DNA of 64,000 nucleotides from Polyangiaceae bacterium (GTDB lineage Bacteria; Myxococcota_A; Polyangia; Polyangiales; Polyangiaceae): NCBI GenBank assembly GCA_965222375.1, contig CBDCTZ010000011.1, positions 128,001 to 192,000 of the forward strand, read 5' to 3'. Shown piece by piece: positions 48,557 to 58,186 of this stretch (position 1 is its first letter; each line of letters starts with the position of its first letter). The notes under the pieces were generated by a model. It saw only the letters and a program-made list of their open reading frames with translations, ran no database searches and was not told where the DNA came from. The position numbers and the translations under genes were made by a program.

Positions 48557-50239
48557 GTGGCTCCCAACACCGCGATTGCGTTGCGCAAGCTCGAGGGTGC
48601 GGCGCGCGAGTTCGGCCCCGGCTGCGCGGTCCGAAAGCTCGACCTGCTGCGCCATCTGTCACGCACGCGAATGACGTCAGCTGCGCAACTGTTGCGCTAC
48701 CACGAGGTGCTCTGCTTCCTTCGTGCCTACCCCGACGACTCGGAGTTGCTCTATCACGTCGTCGACCAGCTCTCGCGCTTTGGCGGACGCCCGGAGCTTC
48801 GGCGGTTTCGGGCCGCGTTGGTGGATACGGGGGTTGCCGGCGCGGCGATTCACTTTCCGTTTCATTGGGTGACGGCCCGCTGGCTGTGCCAGCACTTCGC
48901 GGACCTGCTGCATGTGGACTGGGACGCCTTTGGTGAGCGGGAAGCCGATCGCTTCGAGCAGGTTCTGCCTCTGCTGCTGCCTTATGCGGAGTGGCCCGAC
49001 TTCGACTTGAAGATGGGCCCGAAGCAGTGGTTGTATCGACTGAAGGGCGACCACGAAACCGACGCCAGCTTTCTGGTGAGACGCTTTGTCGCGCTGGAGG
49101 TCGACCCGAGGGTGCGGGAGAGCCTCTTCCACGACCTAGGCAAGCCCATGCGGCTCGATCCGGGAGAGATCACGCCGTCGAGGACTCACGCTTGGCTTCC
49201 AACCCGTGACATTGCCTATCAATCTCGGCCTTTGTCCCGGCAGCGACCCGATCTTCGGCGGCTGCTGAAACCAAGAAGTGTCAGGACGGTTCGACCCAAA
49301 GCGGCGACGCAGATCATCGACCTTGCCCGTGCGGCAATGATCTCCCGAGGTCGCGACTTGGACGGCATCATGTACGCGCACCCAAAGGACGTGCGCTTAG
49401 TGGACGCGGGAGGTGGACTCAGCTTGGCCTGCTTGGGGTTGCAGCCGGAGCATCGAGCGCTGGTGGAGGCTATCTACGTTTTCTTGCTGCTGAAGAATGG
49501 CGTGCCCATCGGCTATTTTCAGTCCGCGCTCCTTTTCGAGTCTGCCGAAGTGAACTTCCACATCTTCCCTAGCTTTCGGGGGGCGGAGGCGGCGGACACA
49601 TACGCCCGCTGCTTGAGCGTGGTGCGCCACCTGTTCGGAGTGGATACGTTCTCCATTCATCCGTATCAGCTCGGCCACGAAAACAAGGACGCGCTGGAGG
49701 CCGGCGCGTTTTGGTTCTACGCCAAGCTTGGCTTTCGCCCTGAAGAACCCAAGACCCTGGCGCTCTTCGAGCGAGAGGTCAGGGCGATGCGTCGACGCCC
49801 AGGGCATCGTTCCGCGAAGGCGACTCTGGAGCGCTTGGCACGCAACCAGGTGTACCTGTACCTCGGGAAAAAGCGGGACGATGTCGCGGGCAAGGTGCGG
49901 CTTTCAGCGTTCGCGTTGGTTGTGAGCGACTATCTGGCGCACCACTACGGTGCAGAGCGTGAACGGGGGCTTGCCGAGTGCGGTCGCGAAGCAGCCGTCT
50001 TGCTGGGAGTCGCTCCCACTCGCTGGCGCGGTCCGGAGCGTTTGGCCTGGGAGCGTTGGGCGCCATTGGTCCTTGCACTTCCGGGGGTAGAGTGCTGGTC
50101 AGCGCGCGAGCGCAAGGCGCTGGGTGCCGTGATCCGCGCCAAGGGCGCTGACCACGAGCAGGAGTTCAGTCGGCGCCTGGATCGCTTCCCGAAGTTGCGC
50201 TCGGCGCTGATGGAGCTCTGTCGCCAAACACCGCTGTAG
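48557..50239 (+). CDS. Hypothetical protein with possible GNAT-like segment
   Basis: 560-aa ORF; LKNGVPIGY...FRGAEA...GAFWFYAKLGFRP. Confidence 0.7.
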   Translation: MAPNTAIALRKLEGAAREFGPGCAVRKLDLLRHLSRTRMTSAAQLLRYHEVLCFLRAYPDDSELLYHVVDQLSRFGGRPELRRFRAALVDTGVAGAAIHFPFHWVTARWLCQHFADLLHVDWDAFGEREADRFEQVLPLLLPYAEWPDFDLKMGPKQWLYRLKGDHETDASFLVRRFVALEVDPRVRESLFHDLGKPMRLDPGEITPSRTHAWLPTRDIAYQSRPLSRQRPDLRRLLKPRSVRTVRPKAATQIIDLARAAMISRGRDLDGIMYAHPKDVRLVDAGGGLSLACLGLQPEHRALVEAIYVFLLLKNGVPIGYFQSALLFESAEVNFHIFPSFRGAEAADTYARCLSVVRHLFGVDTFSIHPYQLGHENKDALEAGAFWFYAKLGFRPEEPKTLALFEREVRAMRRRPGHRSAKATLERLARNQVYLYLGKKRDDVAGKVRLSAFALVVSDYLAHHYGAERERGLAECGREAAVLLGVAPTRWRGPERLAWERWAPLVLALPGVECWSARERKALGAVIRAKGADHEQEFSRRLDRFPKLRSALMELCRQTPL

Positions 50240-50356
50240 CCAACCGCCACGCAATTTGCACTTCAACGTCGACTTTGCGTCGCAAAACTCGATTGTTGGT
50301 GCGGCGTCGAGCGAATCCGACTTGGCAGGCCGCCCCCGGGCTGATAACGACGCCGC

Positions 50357-51175
50357 GTGGCGCGCAGCAACCTTTTCGTTCGATTGATGACCGCTGTCGT
50401 CGTCGTGCCACTGATGTTGGCGCTTCTCTTCGTCGCGCCGGCCTGGGCTTGGTACATCCTAGTCTTCGTGGCGTGCGCGGTCGGCGCTTCCGAACTCTTC
50501 GGAATGACTCACCCCGGTGACCGCGTGGCGCAGGCGCTTGGCGTTTTGATGACGATTGGTGTGTCCGCTGCGGTGTACTTCGCCACGGACAACTCACGGG
50601 TACTCCTGGGTGTGCTCTGCGCCGTGCCCATCATCGGTGTGTTGTTGCCCTTGTGGCGACTCGGGGACATCAGCTCCGCGGGGCTCCGCATCATGGCCAA
50701 CGTTGCGGGGCCGCTGTACATCGGCGTGTTGCTGACCACGATTGGATTGCTGCGCCGCGATCAGGGAGATTTTGGCGCCCACTACGTCGTGATGACCCTG
50801 ACCTTCGCCTGGTTTGGCGACACCGGCGGTTACTTTGCTGGTCGGTTCTTGGGCAAGACGAAATTGTACGAAGCCGTCAGTCCCAAGAAAACCCGGGCGG
50901 GATTCGTCGGTTCTCTAGCCGGCTCAGCTCTCGGCGCGACCGTCGCCTCTCTCTGGTATCTGCCGAGCATCCCCTTGGCGCACGCCATCCCGCTGGCCGT
51001 CGTGGCGGGCGCGCTGGGGCAGCTGGGTGACCTGGTGGAATCTTTGATCAAGCGTTCCACGGGAATCAAAGACTCCGGCTGGATAGTGCCCGGCCACGGA
51101 GGCATTCTCGATCGTATCGACGCTTTGCTCATCGTGAGCCCGATCGTGTGGGCATACACGGTCTGGCTTAGCTGA
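50357..51175 (+). CDS. cdsA: Phosphatidate cytidylyltransferase
   Basis: DTGGYFAG, SPKKT, GDLVESLIKR...KDSG..VPGHGGILDRID. Confidence 0.95.
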   Translation: MARSNLFVRLMTAVVVVPLMLALLFVAPAWAWYILVFVACAVGASELFGMTHPGDRVAQALGVLMTIGVSAAVYFATDNSRVLLGVLCAVPIIGVLLPLWRLGDISSAGLRIMANVAGPLYIGVLLTTIGLLRRDQGDFGAHYVVMTLTFAWFGDTGGYFAGRFLGKTKLYEAVSPKKTRAGFVGSLAGSALGATVASLWYLPSIPLAHAIPLAVVAGALGQLGDLVESLIKRSTGIKDSGWIVPGHGGILDRIDALLIVSPIVWAYTVWLS

Positions 51176-51345
51176 CTCTGAATGCCTGCGTAGTGTTCCT
51201 CGCTGCCCTCCAGGGCTAACGCTTGTCATGTCCGTTCGCGTCTAACGCGCCGCGTCGTTGCAAAAAGTCGGGCGCAGGCTTTAATCCGGGCGAAATCAAT
51301 CGGGGTCTCGCGTGTGAGCTAGGACCCGAGGAGCAAGAGAATCTC

Positions 51346-52713
51346 ATGACTCAAGCACCGTCGGAGACGGACCCAGTCACGCCGGACGCCCCTCCTTCCC
51401 AAGCCTTCGAGGACGACATCGTTGGTCGTTCTTCGCCGAGCAACTCACCGCCCGGCGAGCGCTACGAGTTCTTTCATGTCGTGCAGAACTACCTGGATCG
51501 CGCGGCCAAGTTGATCCAGATGCCAGACTACGTTCGTCGGATTCTGAGTCAGCCCAAGAACGAACTCATCGTGCACTTTCCGGTGCGGATGGACAACGGA
51601 AAGTACCGCCTGTTCAAGGGGTATCGAATTCAGCACTCGAACATCCTAGGGCCCTACAAGGGCGGCATGCGCTACCACGAGAGTTCGTCACTGGACGATT
51701 TCAAGGCGCTCGGCTCGCTGATGACTTGGAAGTCGTCACTGATGAACCTGCCCTTCGGTGGAGCAAAGGGTGGCATCAAGTTCAATCCTCGCGAAGTTTC
51801 CCGGGATGAACTGCAGCGCGTCACTCGACGCTTCTTCCATGCCTTGGGCTCGAACATCGGTCCTGACTACGACATTCCCGCTCCAGACATGGGCACCAAT
51901 GCCCAGACAATGGCGTGGGCCATGGACACCTACATGAACACCGTGGGCATGGTCAGCAAACAAGCTGCCATGGGTGTGGTGACAGGCAAGTCCATCAGCA
52001 CCGGCGGCACCTTTGGGCGAGAAAAAGCAACCGGTCAGGGCGTGGTGTTTTGCATCCAGGATTGGGCGCGCCGCAATCACTTCGACCTCGAGGGAAAGAA
52101 GCTGATCGTGCAGGGGTTCGGCAACGTCGGATCCCACGCGGCGGTGCTCCTGAGCCATTTGGGCGTGTCCCTGGTGGCCGTGGGCGATCACACCGGCTAC
52201 CTGTACAACCCGGAGGGGTTCAACGCGCACCGTCTTCAGACCTACGTGGCCGACAAGGGCAGCATCGTCGGCTATCCGAACGGTAAGGCCATCACTCGGG
52301 ACGACTTCTTCGCAGTGCAGGCGGACATTTTCGTCCCTGCCGCTTTGGAAAACCAAGTTGGCATTGCTGAAGCCGAGTCGCTTCAGGTCAAGTTGATCGC
52401 TGAAGGTGCCAACGGGCCCACTACGCCGGAGGGCGAGAAGGTACTGATCCGGCGCGGCATCGACGTGCTGCCAGATGTGATCGCCAACGCTGGCGGCGTG
52501 ACCGTGAGCTACTACGAGTGGGTGCAGAACCGCCGCAGCGAACAGTGGGCCCTGGACGAGGTCGATCGGCGGCTATTTGAAGCGATGGAGATGGCCTATC
52601 GCAACATGGCGCACGCCGCCGACAACTATAAGACCGACTTGCGCACAGCTTGCTACATCGTTGCGTTGGAACGATTGGCGCAAGTTTACGACGAGCGTGA
52701 GATCTTCCCGTAG
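51346..52713 (+). CDS. gdhA: Glu/Leu/Phe/Val dehydrogenase (glutamate dehydrogenase)
   Basis: GPYKGGMRY, MTWK, GGAKGG, DIPAPDMGT, VQGFGNVG, EGANGP, NAGGVTVSY.EWVQN. Confidence 0.93.
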   Translation: MTQAPSETDPVTPDAPPSQAFEDDIVGRSSPSNSPPGERYEFFHVVQNYLDRAAKLIQMPDYVRRILSQPKNELIVHFPVRMDNGKYRLFKGYRIQHSNILGPYKGGMRYHESSSLDDFKALGSLMTWKSSLMNLPFGGAKGGIKFNPREVSRDELQRVTRRFFHALGSNIGPDYDIPAPDMGTNAQTMAWAMDTYMNTVGMVSKQAAMGVVTGKSISTGGTFGREKATGQGVVFCIQDWARRNHFDLEGKKLIVQGFGNVGSHAAVLLSHLGVSLVAVGDHTGYLYNPEGFNAHRLQTYVADKGSIVGYPNGKAITRDDFFAVQADIFVPAALENQVGIAEAESLQVKLIAEGANGPTTPEGEKVLIRRGIDVLPDVIANAGGVTVSYYEWVQNRRSEQWALDEVDRRLFEAMEMAYRNMAHAADNYKTDLRTACYIVALERLAQVYDEREIFP

Positions 52714-52727
52714 ACTGTGACAGTGCG

Positions 52728-52779
52728 CACAAAGTGCATCGAGTGGCCACCCGGTTGGGCGTCGCTCGATGCGTTTGTG
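52728..52779. terminator. Hairpin between convergent gdhA and mscS
   Basis: cacaaa-g-tgcatcgagtggc...gtcgctcgatgcg-tttgtg inverted repeat. Confidence 0.5.
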
Positions 52780-52788
52780 GGGGTGTAG

Positions 52789-53598
52789 TTACTTGACGTT
52801 GTTGACGTGCACGTCCATCTGCGGGAACGGGATGGAGAGGCCTGCCGCGTCTAGGCTCTGCTTGGCAGTCCGTACGGTCGCCTGGCGAACATCCCAGTAG
52901 TCGGCGGTGTTGCAGTGAACTCGCACTTGCCAGTTCACCGCGCTGTCCCCGAGGCTGTCTAGGAAAGCCTCCGGCGCCGGGTCCGCGAGCACGCCTGGAG
53001 TCTCCTTGGCGGCTGCAACGAGCACTTCCCGGGTCTTGTCCAGGTCGGCCTCGTAGGTCACGCCCACCGGAATATCGATGCGTCGGGTGGGATGGTGGGT
53101 GATGTTTTCGATCGTCTTTCCGAAGATCTCGCTATTCGGCACGATCAGGCGGCGATTGTCCGGCGTGCACAGCTCGGTCGTGAACAACTCGACCTCGATC
53201 ACGGCCCCAAGCTCGCCGGCTACCTTGACGAAGTCGCCCACCTTGAAGGGGCGGAAGACCAGCAGCATGATGCCTGCGGAGAAGTTCGACAGGGTGCCCT
53301 GAAAGGCCAGGCCGATCGCGAGGCCCATCGCGGCGATGACTGCCGCGAAGCTTGCCGTTTGAATTCCGAACACGCCGAGGCAGCCCAGAACCGCGCCCGC
53401 TAGAATTGCGTACCGTATGACGTTGGCGAAGAAACGACCCAGCATCGGGTCGAAGTCCCGCTTCTCCAGCGCCGAAGCAGTCTTGCGGCGCGCCCAGCCG
53501 GCGATGATCCATGCGACAAAGAGGACCGCCACGACGCCGGCGATTCGCATGCCCCAGGTCGTTCCCTGTTCGATCAGTGTTTGAGTGACCTTTTCCAT
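52789..53598 (-). CDS. mscS: Small-conductance mechanosensitive channel
   Basis: GLAIGLAFQGTLSNF..G..L...RPFKVGD, IVPNS, IPFPQMDVH. Confidence 0.93.
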   Translation of the reverse strand: MEKVTQTLIEQGTTWGMRIAGVVAVLFVAWIIAGWARRKTASALEKRDFDPMLGRFFANVIRYAILAGAVLGCLGVFGIQTASFAAVIAAMGLAIGLAFQGTLSNFSAGIMLLVFRPFKVGDFVKVAGELGAVIEVELFTTELCTPDNRRLIVPNSEIFGKTIENITHHPTRRIDIPVGVTYEADLDKTREVLVAAAKETPGVLADPAPEAFLDSLGDSAVNWQVRVHCNTADYWDVRQATVRTAKQSLDAAGLSIPFPQMDVHVNNVK

Positions 53599-53780
53599 GT
53601 GGTTCTTTCCTCAGATTTCGCTTGGTTGTAGGCGGCCGCGGAGCAAACTGCGTGCCGCTGTCGGTGCTTGCGCGCATGCCCTGATTTCGGGGGCAAGCGC
53701 AAGCAAAAAAGGCGGGAGAGTTGCGGTTTGGGGGACGACGGCTGTCGTCTCTGGCCCACGGGCTTGGGTGCGAGCAGCGC

Positions 53781-55559
53781 TCACCGGTAGGCACTGCGGC
53801 GCAGGAGGGCAAGCTCGAGGTTCACCAGCCCTTCGAGGGCCGCCAGAGCGGCGCGATGGTCGCGTAGGGGGGCCGAGATAGTAACACTGACCGAGCGCTT
53901 TTTGATCGCGTAACCAAGCGCACCCGCGGTTGCGGCCTGGAGCTGTTCTCGGACACCTCGACGCAGGTTCCGAGTCATTTGGGGGTCCTCGGCGTTCCGA
54001 ATCATGAGGTGGTTTTCTGGGATGGGTTGCAGCGGCTCTATCAGGATCTCAGTGTATTGCGGACCGGGGCCCGACCAGACCGTGCGAACGGACGCACGTC
54101 GACCGTCATAGCTTCCGCACACGGCCATGTGGGTCAACTCCAGGCCGCCCGCCAGCTTAGCCGCCAGCTTTCTCCAACTCGCAACGGCAGTCCTGGAAAA
54201 CTCTTTCGGCGCCGGCACCCGAGCCAGTGCTTTCGGAAAGTTGTGGGCTACCAACCGCATGTTGCGAGCGAAACGAAGCAACTCGGTGTGGGTCTGGCCA
54301 GCGCCCTTCTGCTGAATGATAACGCATTCGTCCGAAGCATCCGCTAGCTCGTGAGGGAAGTTACGCGGCAGAAGAGCGCTGGCGAAGGCTCGCACTTGCG
54401 CGAGATCCCGACCGATGAAGTAGTGGTGCTTGTCCGGCCACAGCACCCGCTGGGCCAAGGACAGGTAGCGGGAGAACCCGCCGAGGGGACCACCGTCCAG
54501 CCCAAGGTGCAGATTGGGAAAACTCAGAGTTCCGAGCAGATAGTTGCCGGCGCTGCCGCGCACGTCTCGCGCAATGCAAAGCTCCGTCGGGCCTATGTTG
54601 CCCACGAGGGTGTCGCCTCGCAGCCGCAAGCCTACGTCGGCCGCAACTCGCTTCCAGATGGCTGCGACGCGTGGTGAGCCCACGGTGGGAGGAAGAACCC
54701 GCTTTCTCGGGCGCGCTTCGCGTTGCGCGTCTCGGGGTAGCACTGTCACAGGCGCGCGGATTACCGTGTCCCGCGCGAAGCGCCGCTGGGCGCACACTTC
54801 GACCGCCCAAGCGAGGGAGTAGTGAGCTCCTCGACAGGTGGGGAAGATATTCGGAATCCGCAAGGCAAAGGGGAGCGGCTGGCCTTCGACGGCCCGGGCG
54901 AGAGGGACGGTCAAGGTGTAACCGAAGCACCAGGAGGATCGCTTGGATCCGCGTACCACCGAGGTTTGGCGCCCACGCAGATGCACTTGGACCCCGTAGT
55001 AGCGACTAGTGTCGACATTGCTCAGCGCTACGGCGCCCTCGACGACCCCGCCGGGCCGCAACACGGTGTTGGTTAGGCTTGCTTCCACGTGAGGCTCGCC
55101 GGCGGTCGGTCCGCTTGGATTGGACGAGAACACGAAAGGGCGCGCCGGCGCGTCTGCCGGTGGCGGCACCACCGGGATAACAAAACTCGCGCGCGCGTCT
55201 GGCCACCAAGGAATGGCAGCGTGGATCTTGACCAGATACTGCACCCGCGCTTGGCATCCCGAGTAGCTGGTAGGAACCGTCGGCGGCACGGCGAAGCGCA
55301 CGCGAAAGCGTTGTTCGCCCACCATGCGCCGCGCCTTGCTCAGGCGCGCGTGCAACGTGACCCAGGTCTTGCGGGCGGTGCGGGAGTGTTTGCCGGACCC
55401 GATGGTGACCCGCTCCTCTCCCACGAAGTGCACGTCCAAAGAACTCGTCGGCACCGGCCGCCGAGCACGGACGATGACTTCTGCGACGAAGGTTTCTCCA
55501 GGACGCACCTGTGGCGGAGCTAGTAGCCGGAGCTCGGGTCGCTTTTTAATCAGAGCCAC
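53781..55559 (-). CDS. Hypothetical protein with two arrestin/SpoOM-like N-terminal domains
   Basis: F.G.E...F.VP...PTSY.G....VQY.VKIHA.IPWWPD pattern repeated; Arg-rich. Confidence 0.6.
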   Translation of the reverse strand: MALIKKRPELRLLAPPQVRPGETFVAEVIVRARRPVPTSSLDVHFVGEERVTIGSGKHSRTARKTWVTLHARLSKARRMVGEQRFRVRFAVPPTVPTSYSGCQARVQYLVKIHAAIPWWPDARASFVIPVVPPPADAPARPFVFSSNPSGPTAGEPHVEASLTNTVLRPGGVVEGAVALSNVDTSRYYGVQVHLRGRQTSVVRGSKRSSWCFGYTLTVPLARAVEGQPLPFALRIPNIFPTCRGAHYSLAWAVEVCAQRRFARDTVIRAPVTVLPRDAQREARPRKRVLPPTVGSPRVAAIWKRVAADVGLRLRGDTLVGNIGPTELCIARDVRGSAGNYLLGTLSFPNLHLGLDGGPLGGFSRYLSLAQRVLWPDKHHYFIGRDLAQVRAFASALLPRNFPHELADASDECVIIQQKGAGQTHTELLRFARNMRLVAHNFPKALARVPAPKEFSRTAVASWRKLAAKLAGGLELTHMAVCGSYDGRRASVRTVWSGPGPQYTEILIEPLQPIPENHLMIRNAEDPQMTRNLRRGVREQLQAATAGALGYAIKKRSVSVTISAPLRDHRAALAALEGLVNLELALLRRSAYR

Positions 55560-55651
55560 GACAGTTGGTCAGAAACCGGATCCGAGCTGGCGGCAAGCTT
55601 CGGCAGTCGGGGTCTGTGCGTTAGCGCGGCACTGCGGCTATGCTCTCTGCA

Positions 55652-56596
55652 ATGTTGCGCGCGGCGCCACCGCCAGACTTCCGCTACGTGGGCCTCGAGC
55701 CTGGGCCCGACGGCCGTCGCGCGCGCTACCTGGGCGTGGGCGCTGGTTGTGGCGCGTTCGGCGTGGGCGTGGCCATGGCCGGAGCCGAGGCGACCACCCT
55801 AGCGGCGGCCGCGGTCGCTGGAGCGCTGTCGGCGCTGCTCGCCGTTCGCGGTCTCGGTCCGTCGGCTCTGGTGGATGGCGCCCAAGCGGCGCGGCTGTCC
55901 ATTGTGCCTTGGGGGGTTGTTGTGCACACGGAGCCCGCTCCGCGCGTGTTGCGCTGGGCCGCGATACAGTCCATCAAGGTGCGTTACGTTCACGAGATGG
56001 ACCACGCAACGCCGGCGATCCGATGGAGCGTGGTTCGGGTGAAGACCGAGCGCGAGGTGTTCGCGGGCCGGGCCCATGGGGCCGTGGGGCTCGAGCGCTT
56101 GGAAGCGCATCTCCATCAGTATGCCGAAGAGGCGTCTAGACCGATTGCCCTCGACCTGGAGGGTCAGTTGGCGGTGGACGATTTCTTCGATTCCGTATTT
56201 GAGCGCATCCTCGCCGAGGCTCGTCATGCACTATCGACCGGCGTGTTGAGCGAGCGGCTCACTTTGCCCCCCGCGAGCTATCGCCGGGTCCGCGCGGCCA
56301 GTGCATCCTCCGACGCAGAGGAGCACCTGTGTCGAGTGTTAGCCGCCCCCGCGACACGCTCGGCGGATCCGCGTCCCTTCGCTGCGCTGCTCGCCGCCGA
56401 AATGGGCGCAAAACGGGCCTTGGGCTCGGTACTTCGGCTGTGTGGCTCTCCGCACCCGCTCGTGGCTATCGTGGCTCGCGCCGCTGCGCTGCGGCTGGGG
56501 GCCGAGTTGAAGGTTACCGGCGCCCTAGCCGAGTTGGCGGAATTCGTCGCGCCGGATGAGCTGGAATTGGCCGAAGCGTACAGCTCAGCCCCTTAG
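55652..56596 (+). CDS. Hypothetical membrane protein
   Basis: Two N-terminal TM segments followed by a PH-like IVPWGVVV...LRWAAI segment; TATGCT 7 nt before ATG. Confidence 0.65.
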   Translation: MLRAAPPPDFRYVGLEPGPDGRRARYLGVGAGCGAFGVGVAMAGAEATTLAAAAVAGALSALLAVRGLGPSALVDGAQAARLSIVPWGVVVHTEPAPRVLRWAAIQSIKVRYVHEMDHATPAIRWSVVRVKTEREVFAGRAHGAVGLERLEAHLHQYAEEASRPIALDLEGQLAVDDFFDSVFERILAEARHALSTGVLSERLTLPPASYRRVRAASASSDAEEHLCRVLAAPATRSADPRPFAALLAAEMGAKRALGSVLRLCGSPHPLVAIVARAAALRLGAELKVTGALAELAEFVAPDELELAEAYSSAP

Positions 56597-56674
56597 CCGC
56601 TATCGTTGACATCGGTCACTTACCTCGATGATGCTGCGGATGCGTCGTGGGCATGGTCGACGCGCAAAAGGGAA

Positions 56675-58186
56675 ATGGCGCGGCGCACACTCGCACTCTT
56701 GACAGGCACGCTCGCGGCGGTTTGGGGAGCCACACCAGCCAAGGCCGCCGAGGCCGAGGTGAACGCGACCAGCGCCGCTCAGTTCTACACCTACTCGAGC
56801 CCGTTCGGAGAGCCCACGGTGCGGCGGCGCCGCTACACACAGACTCTGTCGCTGCATGTCTACGACATCACGGGCGATCGCGTCGCCTTCGAGCCGGACT
56901 TGTCATTCAAGATGCGGCTGAGGTTGGACGCGGACTTTGGGCAGCTCAATGCCGAGCGCGATCCCAACAATGCGCGGCGCTTCGTTCCCGGCTTGGAGCA
57001 AGCTCCTCTGGACGTCATGTACGCATATCTAGAGGGCAACCACTATTTCGATGGGCTAGTTGGCTTTCGCCTTGGCAGGCAGTACGTAACAGACGCCCTG
57101 GGCTGGTGGTCGTTTGATGGCGGCTTGGTTCGCCTAACCATGCCAGCGTACATACAGGCGGAAGTGTACGGCGGCTTTGAACAGCGAGGTGGGCTGCCTG
57201 CCATGCTGGGGACGTCGCGCTATTCCGGGGATGGTGTTTATCGGGGGAACCGCGAGGACCTCGAACTCGGTTTCTATCCGCACTATTTGGAGGAGAGCCA
57301 ATTGGCTCCTGCCTACGGTTTCGCCCTGGAAAGTACGGGAGTGCACTTCCTCAAGGCGCGGCTGTCGTATCGCAAAGTCATCAACCGGGACACGGTCGTC
57401 GTGTCACCCTTCCGCGCTCCGGATGGTTCGTTTCTGAAGGTGGGCGGTGACCGGGTCTCCAGCGAGCGCATCGGCTACTCGATGCGCTTGAGCGAGTCGA
57501 ACCTCGGTGGGCTGCGTGGCAGTGCGGTGTACGACTTCTACAACCAAGTCGTGAGCGACTATGCCCTGGCGCTGGACTGGTACGCCACGGATCAAGTGAC
57601 GCTTGGCGCCGACTACGACTACTACTACCCGACTTTCGACGGCGATTCGATTTGGAATTGGTTTTCCCATAGCGGGATGACAACGGTCCTGGGGCGCGCG
57701 GAGTACCGTCATTCCCGCATCTGGGATGTCGCTGCGTCCGGGGGAATGCGCTTCTTTCGCACCGAGGGTGACTCGGGGACCTACCGTGCCGAAAGCACGG
57801 CTGGTCGGGATCCGGATCGAAGCCAAACCGGCACGTTGGGCGACGTGATGGGCTCCTTGGGTGGGCGCTATCGCTGGGCAGACGGTGGCGTCGAGTTACG
57901 TGGCATGGGCGAAAAGGGGAGACGGGGGCATCGTGTGGGTGGCGATGTTACTACTCGCCAGGCCTTCGAGGGGCGCTACGACGCGATGGTCATCTTGTCC
58001 CTCTATGACTGGGATGATGCGCTGCGCCCGAGTCGAGATGCCACGAGCTTCTCATACGTATTGGGTGGCGGGTACGCGCCGCTGGAGCGAACGCGTATCG
58101 GCTTGGAATGGGAACACGCCATGAACCGACTCGTGGGGCAGCGGTTTCGTGCACTGGCAACCCTGGACTTCACGGTGCTGAATTGA
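56675..58186 (+). CDS. Putative outer-membrane beta-barrel (porin-like) protein
   Basis: Sec signal ending AKA; alternating aromatic/Gly strands (YAYLEG, FRLGRQ, FDGGLVRL, SYVLGGGY, RIGLEWE, FRALATLDFTV). Confidence 0.7.
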   Translation: MARRTLALLTGTLAAVWGATPAKAAEAEVNATSAAQFYTYSSPFGEPTVRRRRYTQTLSLHVYDITGDRVAFEPDLSFKMRLRLDADFGQLNAERDPNNARRFVPGLEQAPLDVMYAYLEGNHYFDGLVGFRLGRQYVTDALGWWSFDGGLVRLTMPAYIQAEVYGGFEQRGGLPAMLGTSRYSGDGVYRGNREDLELGFYPHYLEESQLAPAYGFALESTGVHFLKARLSYRKVINRDTVVVSPFRAPDGSFLKVGGDRVSSERIGYSMRLSESNLGGLRGSAVYDFYNQVVSDYALALDWYATDQVTLGADYDYYYPTFDGDSIWNWFSHSGMTTVLGRAEYRHSRIWDVAASGGMRFFRTEGDSGTYRAESTAGRDPDRSQTGTLGDVMGSLGGRYRWADGGVELRGMGEKGRRGHRVGGDVTTRQAFEGRYDAMVILSLYDWDDALRPSRDATSFSYVLGGGYAPLERTRIGLEWEHAMNRLVGQRFRALATLDFTVLN

